Of a stretch of DNA of 64,000 nt, positions 47,211 to 57,486 are shown piece by piece. The stretch lies in the NCBI GenBank assembly GCA_046341215.1, contig JBKDRU010000007.1, positions 799 through 64,798 of the forward strand, read 5' to 3'. Below the pieces are notes generated by a model. The model did not search any database and was not told the origin of the DNA. It saw only the letters and a list, made by a program, of their open reading frames with translations. Made by a program: the position numbers and the translations under genes. Numbering within the stretch: the first letter of the stretch is position 1; every line of letters begins with the position of its first letter. The stretch is from Vampirovibrionales bacterium (GTDB taxonomy: Bacteria; Cyanobacteriota; Vampirovibrionia; Vampirovibrionales; JAJTHC01).

Positions 47211-50180
47211 CTAAACAGGCACAACGCTCGTCAAAGTCGGATCAATTAAACGCTTGCCCGCTTTTTCAAAGACGATTGAAAGCACTTTGCGATTTTCAAT
47301 ATCTACCACAGAATGCACCACGCCTACACCGTACACCTCATGCTGTACTTCCATACCAGGTGAATAATCTACAACCGTTTGTGTAGGGGTAGGGAGCATA
47401 GGCACAGGCTCTTGATATTCGTACAAAGGCACGTGTGCAACAGGCACGCCATCTAAAGAATAGGGCGGGGTAATGGCAGGCATGTGAGAAGCGTCTGCAA
47501 GCGTCCGCATGGGAGCCATCTGATTATATTGATTGCCCTTTAAAGGCACATAACCACTGTCCATTTCGGCTAACTCTTGTTGAAAAGACTGAATCAAGTC
47601 GTCTTCCGCTAATGACGCTTCATCATAAGCTGGAACTAAGAATTCAGGCATTCCTGTAGGCACCTGTTCTTCAGCAGTTACGGAAACATCTTCTTCAACG
47701 ACAGGGGAAGCTTCGTGCGTCATTTCAAAAGAAAAGCCCGCGAGCGGATCTTCAGGGTCTATTTTAGGAACGGTATTGGCCTCTTCATGCCCCATAAAGT
47801 CTTCAGAAGAAACAGGGTATTCGCTTACCATATCATTAAATTCAGTATGCACGGCTTTTTCAATAATGTTTAAATCAAAGCTAAAATTGTCCAAGTCTTC
47901 TAATTGTAAGCTTTCGACTTCAACGGCTTGATGCACAGGTAAGCTCACATTCCCTGCTTGAACGGCGTCAAAGACGCTGGTCATTTCTTCTAGTTGTTCT
48001 TGGGGATTAAAATGGCTTGGCGCACTAGGCAAAAAGGCATCGTCTTCAGTAGCTTGAGGGGAACGGCCTTCAATGATCGGTTCATTCAATAAGTCATCAT
48101 AAAATCCTTCGCTTTCAAACTCTAAAGATTCTTCAAGCGCCAAAGGACTTTCTTCTGCGGTGAAATCCTCGGTCAAATCCAAGCTAAAATCAGGCACATC
48201 TAAGTGAGCTTCAGGGGCAAGTGGGCTTGACATCAGTTCTAAAGAAGCTTCGACAGGCTGTTCTGAAGAAAGAGTTTGCATAGTTTCTAGAGTCGATCGA
48301 TCTATAATGGGACCTAGTAAACTACTGGGTAGTAGATCTGGTGTAGGCTCCTGAAAACTTTCATCAGGAGCGGGTACATAATAGGGATCAAAATCCTGCC
48401 CAAACATGGACTCATCTTGATACAAGGTTTGTTCCAAGGCTTCTTCGGTGCTTTGAGGCTTACGTTTTAGCTCTTCTTTACCGTCAATAATGTATTCCAT
48501 GTGGAGTACGGCTTTTTCAGGCTCATCAAAACCCGAATCGGCAGATTCATCCAAGTAAGGGGTGACGTCTTCTAGCATGGAATCAGGCAAGCAAGGGTGA
48601 ATGTGATGTGTACTGTCTATTTCTTCGGACGTATCTATAGGGGCTGGATCCTCTTCGCCCTTAGAAGGATTCAACAAAGGGGCTTCAAGAAAAGTTTGCC
48701 ATTCTTCAGGCATTTCGCCTAAAATTGAATTGTAATGATGCACTTCTTCTTCAGCGGGATGGGCTTGAAGGGTTTCTAAAACGGGGGGGTTGTCTGAAGT
48801 TTTCAAATCAGAAGAAAAAGAGCTTAAAACGTCATCATGCGATTCATCGAAAGAACGATCCATTGCTTTATAGGGAGCGGCTTCAACAGAAGGGGGCTCG
48901 ATGGCTTGAAACGGTGTGGAAGACGGATCTTCTATAGGTTTTTCGGATTCAGATGAGCGTTTCAAAGGAGCGAACACTTCTAAAGGGGGCAAAGCAGGAA
49001 AATCACCGAATAGAAGGGGGATGCCCAGCGTCAATTCACTTAAGAATAAGGCTGTGGATTGACTGGCATTCACCTGTAAGAGATGTTGCTCACCCGCTTT
49101 TAGAGCGTCCGCCATAGGCTCTTTGTGTAAAGGGTGCAGATTCACAACATTCACGCCTTGTTCCAATAGCTGATGCACTTCATGTTCAACTAAAGTGGGT
49201 AAAGTCTTGTTACGACTAATATTACCAACCAGTATATTGCTTAAAGGCAACATACTATGACGCAACGCTTGATTCAAAAGTTCCCAAATCCACGCATGAA
49301 AATCAACGCTTACACTAGAAAGATCCAGTACAAGGAGCTTACCTTCACTTTCGGCGTGCTTCAGTTCTTGCATAAAATGGACGCTTTGTTGATGTTCCCC
49401 TTCGCAAAAGACTTTGCTCGCCTTACATTGATTCAACAAGCGAAAGAGCAAGCCACTTTGGGTGCTTAAAAAAACTTCTTCGAGTTCACGCAAACTTTGA
49501 ACCCTGAAAATACGTTGCCCTGCAATGCTGTTCCATTGTTTCCAAGCTTCTTCGGCTTGTGTGGGAGCTAAGGCTTTCGTCCAGGACTCAATGAGACGCT
49601 CCACCCCCCATGCTTCCACAGGAAATGCGTGGGTACGCCCCAGTTCCACCAAGTGAATCCCCGGTAATTGACTGCGTTTTAAAAGCCCGTAGCCATCGAA
49701 AAGCAAGGGGTGCATGCCTTCTTGACGTGCATTTAACAATAGGGAAAGTAAGAGTTCAAGTCCTCGTTCTTCTTGATCCGATTCCAAACGGAGTTGCCCG
49801 TAAACGTCACGCATTAAAATACGTAGGGCAGGGAATTGTAGATCGATAAGGGACGCTTCTGGTGTATTCAATAGAAGCGCTGCGAGTCGCTCAGCAGAAA
49901 CACGAAAGAAAGACTGCACATTTAAAACAGGCACACCATAAACAGGGCTCAAATGCAGGCGAGCTTCTGTATTTGTGGCGCTTTCAATGTCCGTAATTTT
50001 CAAGAGTTGACGGCGATTTTGGGCATCCACGGCAAGGACAAGGGCATTGAGCACCAAGGCATCGGCTTGAGCGTGGGGAATTTCAAGCAATACGTTTGAG
50101 TTGTGACGGCTAAAGTGAATAAAGTCCAACGCCTCTGGCATTAAATCATCTAAGTTTAAGGCATTTAATGCAAAGCTCAC
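47211..50180 (-). CDS. 989-aa protein: ~450-aa folded N-terminal domain, ~480-aa hyper-acidic (D/E/P/S) disordered region, C-terminal UvrD-C-like Tudor-fold domain
   Basis: C terminus VQHEVYGVGVVHSVVDIENRKVLSIVFEKAGKRLIDP matches the pattern of the UvrD/PcrA C-terminal domain (xRHxxFGxGxVxxxxGxxxxxVxFxxxGxKxL). The N-terminal domain is unrecognised. Confidence 0.6.
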   Translation of the reverse strand: MSFALNALNLDDLMPEALDFIHFSRHNSNVLLEIPHAQADALVLNALVLAVDAQNRRQLLKITDIESATNTEARLHLSPVYGVPVLNVQSFFRVSAERLAALLLNTPEASLIDLQFPALRILMRDVYGQLRLESDQEERGLELLLSLLLNARQEGMHPLLFDGYGLLKRSQLPGIHLVELGRTHAFPVEAWGVERLIESWTKALAPTQAEEAWKQWNSIAGQRIFRVQSLRELEEVFLSTQSGLLFRLLNQCKASKVFCEGEHQQSVHFMQELKHAESEGKLLVLDLSSVSVDFHAWIWELLNQALRHSMLPLSNILVGNISRNKTLPTLVEHEVHQLLEQGVNVVNLHPLHKEPMADALKAGEQHLLQVNASQSTALFLSELTLGIPLLFGDFPALPPLEVFAPLKRSSESEKPIEDPSSTPFQAIEPPSVEAAPYKAMDRSFDESHDDVLSSFSSDLKTSDNPPVLETLQAHPAEEEVHHYNSILGEMPEEWQTFLEAPLLNPSKGEEDPAPIDTSEEIDSTHHIHPCLPDSMLEDVTPYLDESADSGFDEPEKAVLHMEYIIDGKEELKRKPQSTEEALEQTLYQDESMFGQDFDPYYVPAPDESFQEPTPDLLPSSLLGPIIDRSTLETMQTLSSEQPVEASLELMSSPLAPEAHLDVPDFSLDLTEDFTAEESPLALEESLEFESEGFYDDLLNEPIIEGRSPQATEDDAFLPSAPSHFNPQEQLEEMTSVFDAVQAGNVSLPVHQAVEVESLQLEDLDNFSFDLNIIEKAVHTEFNDMVSEYPVSSEDFMGHEEANTVPKIDPEDPLAGFSFEMTHEASPVVEEDVSVTAEEQVPTGMPEFLVPAYDEASLAEDDLIQSFQQELAEMDSGYVPLKGNQYNQMAPMRTLADASHMPAITPPYSLDGVPVAHVPLYEYQEPVPMLPTPTQTVVDYSPGMEVQHEVYGVGVVHSVVDIENRKVLSIVFEKAGKRLIDPTLTSVVPV

Positions 50181-50326
50181 GTTTTGGCTCCTTCAAATTC
50201 TCTCACATATCTTTACATTATACCCATTTTATAGGAAAAGGGCTAGAAAAGCTCCTTGCCTTCCTCTTGATGTGGGTTATGGGGTTCTTGTGGAAGGCAT
50301 TCTATAGAAGGCTTTCGTAAAGCCTT

Positions 50327-51772
50327 CTAATCGATATGAATCCCCAGCCCTAAGTGACGTTCCGCCACTTCCAACCACGCTTCAGACAAGCTCGGGTGCG
50401 GATGCACACTCAACGCCACATCTTCCACCGTCGCACCCAGTTCAATGGCTTGAAGCATCTGCGAAATAAGGGCATCCGCATAAGGGCTCAAAATCTCCGC
50501 CCCTAAAATGGCTCCCGTGGCATCATCCACCACGATGAGGGCTTGCCCTTCGCTAATGCCGTCAATGGTGGCACGACCCAAGGCAGCAAACGGCAGTCGG
50601 GTGACTTTTGCTGTATAGCCCCGAGCCGTGGCTTCTTCAAGTGAAAGCCCCACACGCGCCAGTTCAGGTTGTGTATACAGCACGGCAGGAATCTGCGTGA
50701 GGGCATCCAAGCCGTTTTGCTTTCCTGCGAGCGTTTCAGCTAGCACAATCCCGTGATGCGATGCCACATGCGCCAGTTGCGGATGCCCATGCGTGACATC
50801 GCCAATGGCGAAAATATGCGGTTGACTGCTTTGTAAGGCGTCATTGATGAGTATACCGCCTGATTGCGGATGCACGTCCACGCCTGCGTTTTCAAGATCT
50901 AAGCCCTGCGTATTCGCCCGCCGCCCTGGAGCAATCAAAAGGCGTTCCACCGTCAAGGTTTTCTGCTCTTCTGGATTGAGCAAGGAACTGATTTTGAGTG
51001 TGACCTGATTCTTGGCTTCATCCACCACGGCCGCTGTAATATCAGCATTAAAATGGAAGGTAATGCCTTCTTTTTGGAGTTTTGATTGCAAAATCGCCAC
51101 GAGCTTGGCATCATACTGCGGTAAAATACCACTTAATCGATCCAGCACATGCACTTCTACACCCAGTCGTTGAAAGGCTTGAGCCAATTCTAGCCCAATG
51201 ACGCCCGCCCCCACGATGCCTAAGCGTTTGGGCAATGCCGGGATGTCAAAAATCTCTTTCACCGAAAGAGAAAAACGAGGGTCTAAGCCTTGAAATACTG
51301 TAGGTACAAGGGTTTCCGCCCCTGTGGCGATGACAAAGGCATCCGCTTGCAAGACTTTTGAGCCTCCTTCAAGTAGAGCCACTTCAACAGAAGTAGGTGA
51401 AATAAAGTGGGCTTTTCCCTTGATGACATTGACTTTCAGGCGTTTTAGGCGGGCTTCAATGCCGTCTCGCAGATGCTGAACATCCTGATCTAAGTGAGTG
51501 GACAATTTTTGCCAATCCAGCGAGACCTTGTCCACCTTTATACCTAGTGATTCCAAGGCTTTTGAGCGTATTTTGTAGTAGTCATTACTAGCGTGGATCA
51601 AGGCTTTAGACGGAATGCACCCCCAATTTAAGCAGGTGCCGCCCACGTAAGTAGATTCAATCAGCGTGAGCGAAAAGCCCCGTTGAGCCAAGCGAATGGC
51701 GGCGATATAGCCAGCAGGGCCTCCGCCGATGATGAGTAGCGACTTGATATGGGGGGGAATTGAATCTAGCAT
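50327..51772 (-). CDS. lpdA: Dihydrolipoyl dehydrogenase (E3)
   Basis: FAD GxGxxG (IIGGGPAGYIAA), redox-active disulfide GGTCLNWGCIPSK, and a C-terminal HPHPSLSE dimerisation motif. Confidence 0.9.
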   Translation of the reverse strand: MLDSIPPHIKSLLIIGGGPAGYIAAIRLAQRGFSLTLIESTYVGGTCLNWGCIPSKALIHASNDYYKIRSKALESLGIKVDKVSLDWQKLSTHLDQDVQHLRDGIEARLKRLKVNVIKGKAHFISPTSVEVALLEGGSKVLQADAFVIATGAETLVPTVFQGLDPRFSLSVKEIFDIPALPKRLGIVGAGVIGLELAQAFQRLGVEVHVLDRLSGILPQYDAKLVAILQSKLQKEGITFHFNADITAAVVDEAKNQVTLKISSLLNPEEQKTLTVERLLIAPGRRANTQGLDLENAGVDVHPQSGGILINDALQSSQPHIFAIGDVTHGHPQLAHVASHHGIVLAETLAGKQNGLDALTQIPAVLYTQPELARVGLSLEEATARGYTAKVTRLPFAALGRATIDGISEGQALIVVDDATGAILGAEILSPYADALISQMLQAIELGATVEDVALSVHPHPSLSEAWLEVAERHLGLGIHID

Positions 51773-51858
51773 GGGGGACTCCTTGAACGATTTGGACTTT
51801 TATTATAGCTCAAAAAGTCGGGAATTGGATTGAAGTACTAAAGATTGGCTTAGTTTTC

Positions 51859-51980
51859 GACACACGAAATTCGATTTCTGACACACAAAACCCTGATTTT
51901 CGACACACGAAACCCTCATTTCTGACACACGAAATTCGATTTTTGACACACAAAACCCTCATTTCTGACACACGAAACAC
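51859..51980. repeat. Tandem array of about 5.7 units of 21-22 bp (gacacacgaaattcgatttct / gacacacaaaaccctcatttct)
   Basis: Contiguous repeats in two alternating subtypes. The unit is related, in reverse complement, to the 5344-5514 array (CGATTTCTG..ACGAAA.TC core). About 90 bp upstream of the lpdA start. Confidence 0.85.
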
Positions 51981-52095
51981 AAAGGGAATGATCCAAATGC
52001 TCTTCAAAAGAAAAGATTTATGCGTTTTTCAAGGAGCCACTCTTTTTCAGTATGACCGCTTTTTGACCGCTTGCCTAGTGCCTAAAAACCACGTT

Positions 52096-53187
52096 TTAAA
52101 GCTCGTCTTCATCCTCATCTTCGGATTCAAGCACCAAGAAATCCAAGATTTCTTCACGCAAAAAGCGAGGCAACTCTTCAATGTCTAACAAACCTTTTAA
52201 GGCAGGCATGCCACCAATACGGTACACCCCTGTCAACGCCGCATGAGCCACTTCCATGTTTTCGTCAAACAAGCGTTTGTGCAGAACCGCCAAATGAGAC
52301 AAGTCGCCAATCGAACTCAAGGCTTCTACCGCAGCGAGTCGAATGGCATTGGCGGGATCGTTTACCGCACTTAAAATGCCGTTTAACGCTTGATTTCGTT
52401 CGTTTTGAGACAACCCGTCTTCTTTTGCGAGCATGCCTACCGAATCCAAGATGCGTTCAATGAGAAATTGGCACTTTTCACGCACGCCTTTTTTGGATTC
52501 AAACAAATCCAGTAAGGGGCTTAACGCCCTAATATCGCCCAATAAACCCAAGGCTTTCACCGCCGATTCCTGCAAGTACATCGAAGATTCTTGATCGTCT
52601 TTCAGCACACGCAAGAGCGGTTGAACGGCATTGGGATTCTTGAGGCGTCCTAAGGATTCTGCCGCTTCTAAACGCACCCGATAGTTGGCCTGATTGTCAT
52701 TCAGCAAGCCCATTAACGGGATAATCGCCGTTTGGTTATTGAGCAAACCCAGCAAGCGAATGCTGGTGCATCGTAATTTTAGGACGGCTTCTTCTTCAAT
52801 AAAGGCACGGTAATTTTCCGCCTTTTCAAATAAGGCAATGCCTGTCGCCAGTGCAATATCCACCAGCGTGTCGTGCAAGCAAAACGCTTTGACGTCTCCC
52901 AGTAGCTTGACTAAAGCGTGAACCAAGGCAACATCTTCAGACGTACGCAAGAGTTTGACCAATTGGGGCAGGACTTGAAAGCCTGACGTGCCTTGGGTAT
53001 GGGGTTTAATGCGTTTTAAGGTATCCAACTTTTGAGCATGGGAGATTTCGTCACTTTGAAGACGCTCCAACATTGGCAACCACGCTGGGAGTAGGTGTTG
53101 AACATCCGCCAAAAGGGCATCTGCTTCAGAGAGGGGAGCAGGCTGGTTGGCGTTATAGGCATCTTCAGAAGGTGACCCCTGAATCAT
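52096..53187 (-). CDS. HEAT-repeat protein (PBS-lyase / E-Z-type HEAT-like repeats)
   Basis: Multiple LGxLGDxRAxxPL-type repeats (ALGLLGDIRALSPLL, AAESLGRLKNPNAVQPLL). Acidic C terminus EDEDEDEL. Confidence 0.7.
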   Translation of the reverse strand: MIQGSPSEDAYNANQPAPLSEADALLADVQHLLPAWLPMLERLQSDEISHAQKLDTLKRIKPHTQGTSGFQVLPQLVKLLRTSEDVALVHALVKLLGDVKAFCLHDTLVDIALATGIALFEKAENYRAFIEEEAVLKLRCTSIRLLGLLNNQTAIIPLMGLLNDNQANYRVRLEAAESLGRLKNPNAVQPLLRVLKDDQESSMYLQESAVKALGLLGDIRALSPLLDLFESKKGVREKCQFLIERILDSVGMLAKEDGLSQNERNQALNGILSAVNDPANAIRLAAVEALSSIGDLSHLAVLHKRLFDENMEVAHAALTGVYRIGGMPALKGLLDIEELPRFLREEILDFLVLESEDEDEDEL

Positions 53188-53439
53188 GAAGAAGGGTTCC
53201 TGATTCTATCAACGATTAAAGCTGTTTCGCCATAATAGTATCATTATAATAGTTTTATTGTATCGAAAATCCGCAAAAAGTCAAGAAAGGCAGTGAAATG
53301 AATTGTTTCGCTACCTTATTAGCTTAAAGCAGAAAAATATTTAGCTGCGTGCAATTCTGCCTATCCCGTTCGGGAACTCAAGCCGTTCTTTCAAGTGGAG
53401 ATCTCGATCTGGATGAGTTCGTTTGAATGTATCTACTTC

Positions 53440-53492
53440 CCTAGAGCACGCCTCGCCGATGGCGGGTTACGCTAGGGAGAGGAGGGATGCCT
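53440..53492 (+). mobile_element. Partial MITE-like element copy C (internal segment, same orientation as copy A)
   Basis: cctagagcacgcctcgccgatggcgggttacgctagggagaggagggatgcc is similar to the 9775-9826 segment of copy A. Confidence 0.4.
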
Positions 53493-53538
53493 AAAATCCA
53501 GTGTTTAGCTCTACTCAAAGGGGGAGGGGGTAAGAAGA

Positions 53539-54336
53539 CTAGAAGCCTACGGCGTGGAAGCCCGCATCCACATGGATGACTTCACCGGTCACACCGCTTG
53601 AAAGTTCGTCGCACGCCAAGTACAAACCGGTTCCACCGACTTCGTCTTGCGTCACGTTGCGTTTCATGGGCGTATGCTCTTCCATGTAGTTCAAAATATC
53701 AGAAAAGCCTGAAATCCCACGAGCGGCTAAGGTCTTAATGGGTCCTGCGGAAATTGCATTGACGCGGATGTTTTGAGGCCCTAAGTCGCTGGCTAAGTAA
53801 CGTACGGACATATCTAACGCGGCTTTTGCCACGCCCATGACGTTGTAATTCTTCACGACACGCTCACCACCTAAGTAAGTCAAGGTCATGATGCTACCGC
53901 CGCCGTTTTTAACCAACAAGGGCTGGGCGTATTTTGCCACAACCGTCAAGGAATAGGCGGAAATATTGTGAGCGAGCATAAAGCCGTCACGGCTGGTGTC
54001 GATGAATCCGCCAGCGAGGTCTTCTTTTTTAGCGAAGGCAACCGAATGGACCACCGTGTGAAGTTTTCCAAATTCAGCATCGAGTTGGGTGAAGACGGCT
54101 TCGACTTGGGCGTCGTCGGTCACATCACAATCGATGAGTAAAGAACCGGGCATTTCTTCATCAACGAGTTTTTTCACGTTGTCTAACAAGCGTTCGCCTT
54201 GATAGGTGAAGGCGAGCTTCATGCCAGCTTCGTGGAGCTTTTTGGCAATGCCCCATGCGATCGATGTTTTATGGGCAACGCCGAAAATAACGCCTGTTTT
54301 ACCTGCTAATAAGCCTTGAAATTTGTTGTCTGACAT
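53539..54336 (-). CDS. fabI: Enoyl-[acyl-carrier-protein] reductase (NADH) FabI
   Basis: SDR fold with the FabI-type active-site region (SYLGGERVVKNYNVMGVAKAALD). Confidence 0.9.
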   Translation of the reverse strand: MSDNKFQGLLAGKTGVIFGVAHKTSIAWGIAKKLHEAGMKLAFTYQGERLLDNVKKLVDEEMPGSLLIDCDVTDDAQVEAVFTQLDAEFGKLHTVVHSVAFAKKEDLAGGFIDTSRDGFMLAHNISAYSLTVVAKYAQPLLVKNGGGSIMTLTYLGGERVVKNYNVMGVAKAALDMSVRYLASDLGPQNIRVNAISAGPIKTLAARGISGFSDILNYMEEHTPMKRNVTQDEVGGTGLYLACDELSSGVTGEVIHVDAGFHAVGF

Positions 54337-54480
54337 TGTTAAATCCTCCTCACAATTAAAAAATGTTTATTTTAAAAAATTAACATGAATACAAAATAAC
54401 ACAAATAGTTTATTTGGCATTTTATTTGCCTGACTTTTTTTGTAGAATAGAAACAACACAAGAGAAGGATGCCTACCCTA

Positions 54481-54687
54481 ATGACCTCAAACGCAATGAC
54501 TAAAGCGGATTTTAACACCCTTTGGCAAGACCTTGAGCCACAACTCGTCCCACAATGGGACATGACCGAGCGGTGCTTTTACCTGTCGCATCCTGCCTAC
54601 CCCACACTGGCCGTTTCCGCCCCCAGCGATGCCTTGGCGATGCAAGCGTTTTATAACGCTTTAAAGCAATATCTTTACAATATGTAA
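54481..54687 (+). CDS. Candidate 68-aa small protein upstream of minC
   Basis: ORF with a GAAGGA RBS about 11 nt upstream of the ATG at 54481 (alternative start 54469). Its stop overlaps a TGTAACAAT motif. No homology recognised. Confidence 0.3.
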   Translation: MTSNAMTKADFNTLWQDLEPQLVPQWDMTERCFYLSHPAYPTLAVSAPSDALAMQAFYNALKQYLYNM

Positions 54688-54765
54688 CAATACATTTGGC
54701 GATACCTATGTTAAACTAAGCTTATACGCTCACACTTACTATATACGTTTGTTGAGGAACTCAAA

Positions 54766-55758
54766 ATGTCCCAAAATGCTTTGTCTCCCGTCCTAAATAC
54801 AGCCCCTGCAAGCGTCACTCGTGTTGAACACGGGCTAATGGATGTCGCCCACGCCGACAATGCCACCGAAGCCTTGATTATGCTGGCCCAAGCCTTACAA
54901 TCAGGCGTTATGGACGACTGGCACGATGAAATCGATGTCAACACGGGCTATATTGTTTTGGCTCCCGCTCAAATACGTCGTATTGCTAAGTTGTTGGAAG
55001 AAGCAGGCAAGCCTTTTGGTGTCTTGTTTAGCCACGTGCCTCAAACCCAACAATCCGCCTTGAGTCAAGGGTTTATGGTGCGTGAAAATCCGGTGATTCG
55101 TCCGCCTCGGCAAGTGGTGATTCAAGAACATTTGTCATTTAACACCGCTGAAAATGGTGTTAATCCCCCTCATGCAGAAGCGTTTGCTCAAGCGGTCTTG
55201 GAAGATTCGCAGTTGACGCTGGTTAATAACGACACTGCCCCAGAAGACATGGGCTTACCTGCTTTAGAAGTCCAAGCGGTGGAAGTGAAAGGTCTTTATG
55301 AATGTGAAGCACTTGAACAGGCGTCGTTTCCTGAAGAGCAAGGGACTTGTTTTGCAGAAAGTCAAAACACCGCTCATGCGGATTTACCGACGAAAATCAT
55401 TAAAGGCAACTTGCGTTCAGGGCGTTTTGAACAGTACGGGGGGCATCTCGTTATTGTGGGAGACGTGCATACAGGGGCGGAAATCCGTGTGCAAGGGGAT
55501 GTTTTGGTGTGGGGCGAGTTGAGAGGTTTAGTTCACGCAGGCTTTAAGGGCAGTCGAGACGCCGAAGTGCGTGCCTTGAAGTTGGATGCGGTTCAGATTC
55601 GTATTGCGGATATTATGGCGCGCCGACCCGATCGTCACACGCAGTTACCGACGGCTCAAGAGCCTTGGAAGGCGCCTCAGGGGAGCTTTTACCCTGAAAT
55701 CGCTCGTGTGGTAGATGGTGAGATTCAGCTCTACACCACCCGTCGCCATGCGAACTAA
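54766..55758 (+). CDS. minC: Septum site-determining protein MinC (no minD/minE adjacent)
   Basis: C-terminal beta-helix domain (HLVIVGDVHTGAEIRVQGDVLVWGELRGLVHAG) and an unusually long N-terminal region. Confidence 0.75.
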   Translation: MSQNALSPVLNTAPASVTRVEHGLMDVAHADNATEALIMLAQALQSGVMDDWHDEIDVNTGYIVLAPAQIRRIAKLLEEAGKPFGVLFSHVPQTQQSALSQGFMVRENPVIRPPRQVVIQEHLSFNTAENGVNPPHAEAFAQAVLEDSQLTLVNNDTAPEDMGLPALEVQAVEVKGLYECEALEQASFPEEQGTCFAESQNTAHADLPTKIIKGNLRSGRFEQYGGHLVIVGDVHTGAEIRVQGDVLVWGELRGLVHAGFKGSRDAEVRALKLDAVQIRIADIMARRPDRHTQLPTAQEPWKAPQGSFYPEIARVVDGEIQLYTTRRHAN

Positions 55759-55856
55759 TTAAATAATCAACCCTAATGTCTCTTCCTTCTCTTTGATACA
55801 AGCAAGCCGTAACGCCTAGCTTATACGTAAGCTTTTTCTGTGGGTTCAAATATCTT

Positions 55857-56285
55857 TTATTTCACGTCATAGAGCAAAACCGACTGCTGATAGACGGATT
55901 CAGCCAGACCAAAACCCTGCCCTGCTTGCTTACTAATGTTCGTCGCCGTTTCTTGATTCAACATGCCTCGGAAGGTTTTTTCGGATTCGCCTCCACTTAA
56001 AAAGCCTTCTTCACGATCCACGGTGGAATCCATGGCTTCAAGCAATTGTTGAAGAAATACCGCTTCAAACTGTTGAGCCGCCGTTTTTAACTCTTTTTGC
56101 TTAGGCGTTTGTGGATCCAAAAAGCTGGCTCGCAAGTCTTTGAGTCGTTCAGCCATTGGTTTGGCCACATCGCCTTCTTTAGTCGCTAGTTCAGGCACGA
56201 GTGAATTGTTTGGCTTAAACTTATACGCAGGCAATTCCGTAGGCGGTAAAGCAATATTGGGTAAGGCAAAGGAAGATAAATCCAT
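55857..56285 (-). CDS. flgJ: Flagellar rod-binding protein (FlgJ N-terminal-domain-only type)
   Basis: Rod-binding motif FEAVFLQQLLEAM, 142 aa, located immediately downstream of flgI. Confidence 0.6.
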   Translation of the reverse strand: MDLSSFALPNIALPPTELPAYKFKPNNSLVPELATKEGDVAKPMAERLKDLRASFLDPQTPKQKELKTAAQQFEAVFLQQLLEAMDSTVDREEGFLSGGESEKTFRGMLNQETATNISKQAGQGFGLAESVYQQSVLLYDVK

Positions 56286-56287
56286 GA

Positions 56288-57466
56288 CTAAATAATCTCC
56301 AGCTCCGCTTCAAGGGATCCTGCGGCTTTCAAGGCTTGTAAGATTGAAATCAAATCACTCGGCGTCACACCGATCGCATTTAAGGCGGTGACTAAATCGT
56401 GCAAGGTATTGTTCGCCCCTAACTCAATGAGACTACCCTTTTCTTTGGTAATATCCACCTTGTCATTGGTGACCAAAGCCGTGTCTCCGCCAGCTAGGGC
56501 ATTGGGTTGTACCGCTTCAGTGGTGCTTTGAATGGTCACAGTAATTCCCCCATGAGCCACCGCTGCAGGCAGGAGCCTTACACTACTACCAATCACTACG
56601 GTGCCTGTACGTTCATTCACCACGACTTTGGCATTGTCATTCGGCACATCCACCGTCAATTGCTCTAAAACCGACACAAATGCCACCCGATTATTCAGGT
56701 AACGGGTGGGCAGTTCCACGCGAATGGAAGAGCCATCCAAGGCAACCGCAGGGCATAAACTGGTATTTATTTTTGCAGCGATACGATTGGCTAACGTATA
56801 ATCCGTGCGGTTTAGTACCAGCGTTAAGCCTGTGGTATCGCCGACTTGCGTGTTCATTTCTCGCTCAATAATACCACCATTGGGAATCCTCGCACTGGTG
56901 GTAATGGCGGTTTGCTTGGAAGACCCGCCAGACGACACCGAAGAGCCACCTGTAGAAACAGGACCTTGAGCGACCGCAATGACTTCGCCGTTAGGGGCTA
57001 GTAATTGAGAGGAAATCAGGACGCCGCCTTCTAAGCTTTTGACTTTACCAATGGCAGAAAGGGTGACATCAATGCTGTCGCCTGCTTTAGCAAAGGGAGG
57101 AATCTTCGCAATCACCATAACTTGAGCCGCATTCGAACCTTGTAAATCGTTGGGATTGCTGATTCTTCCGCCTAAGTTGTTCAGCATATTCCATTGAGCG
57201 GTACGGGTCGCCACTGAGCTGTCGCCCGTCCCGTTTAGACCCACAACCAAACCATAGCCCACGACTTGGTTCATGCGAACATCTTTAATTCGTACCAAAT
57301 TTTTAAGGCTGATCGTTGTTTTGGCTTGGGCATGTGGGAGGAAAGCATCTGTTGAAACGGTGCTAAACGCCAAGATACTGACACTTAATAGAAACGCCAA
57401 TGAACGAACGGCGGTTTTTGAAAGGGATGAAGATAAACGCATGGTGTTAGATTTCCTTGAGGCCAA
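56288..57466 (-). CDS. flgI: Flagellar P-ring protein FlgI
   Basis: Signal peptide followed by conserved IKDVRMNQVVGYGLVVGLNGTGD; full-length FlgI. Confidence 0.85.
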   Translation of the reverse strand: MASRKSNTMRLSSSLSKTAVRSLAFLLSVSILAFSTVSTDAFLPHAQAKTTISLKNLVRIKDVRMNQVVGYGLVVGLNGTGDSSVATRTAQWNMLNNLGGRISNPNDLQGSNAAQVMVIAKIPPFAKAGDSIDVTLSAIGKVKSLEGGVLISSQLLAPNGEVIAVAQGPVSTGGSSVSSGGSSKQTAITTSARIPNGGIIEREMNTQVGDTTGLTLVLNRTDYTLANRIAAKINTSLCPAVALDGSSIRVELPTRYLNNRVAFVSVLEQLTVDVPNDNAKVVVNERTGTVVIGSSVRLLPAAVAHGGITVTIQSTTEAVQPNALAGGDTALVTNDKVDITKEKGSLIELGANNTLHDLVTALNAIGVTPSDLISILQALKAAGSLEAELEII

Positions 57467-57486
57467 CGCCTCTGTGTATTATATTT

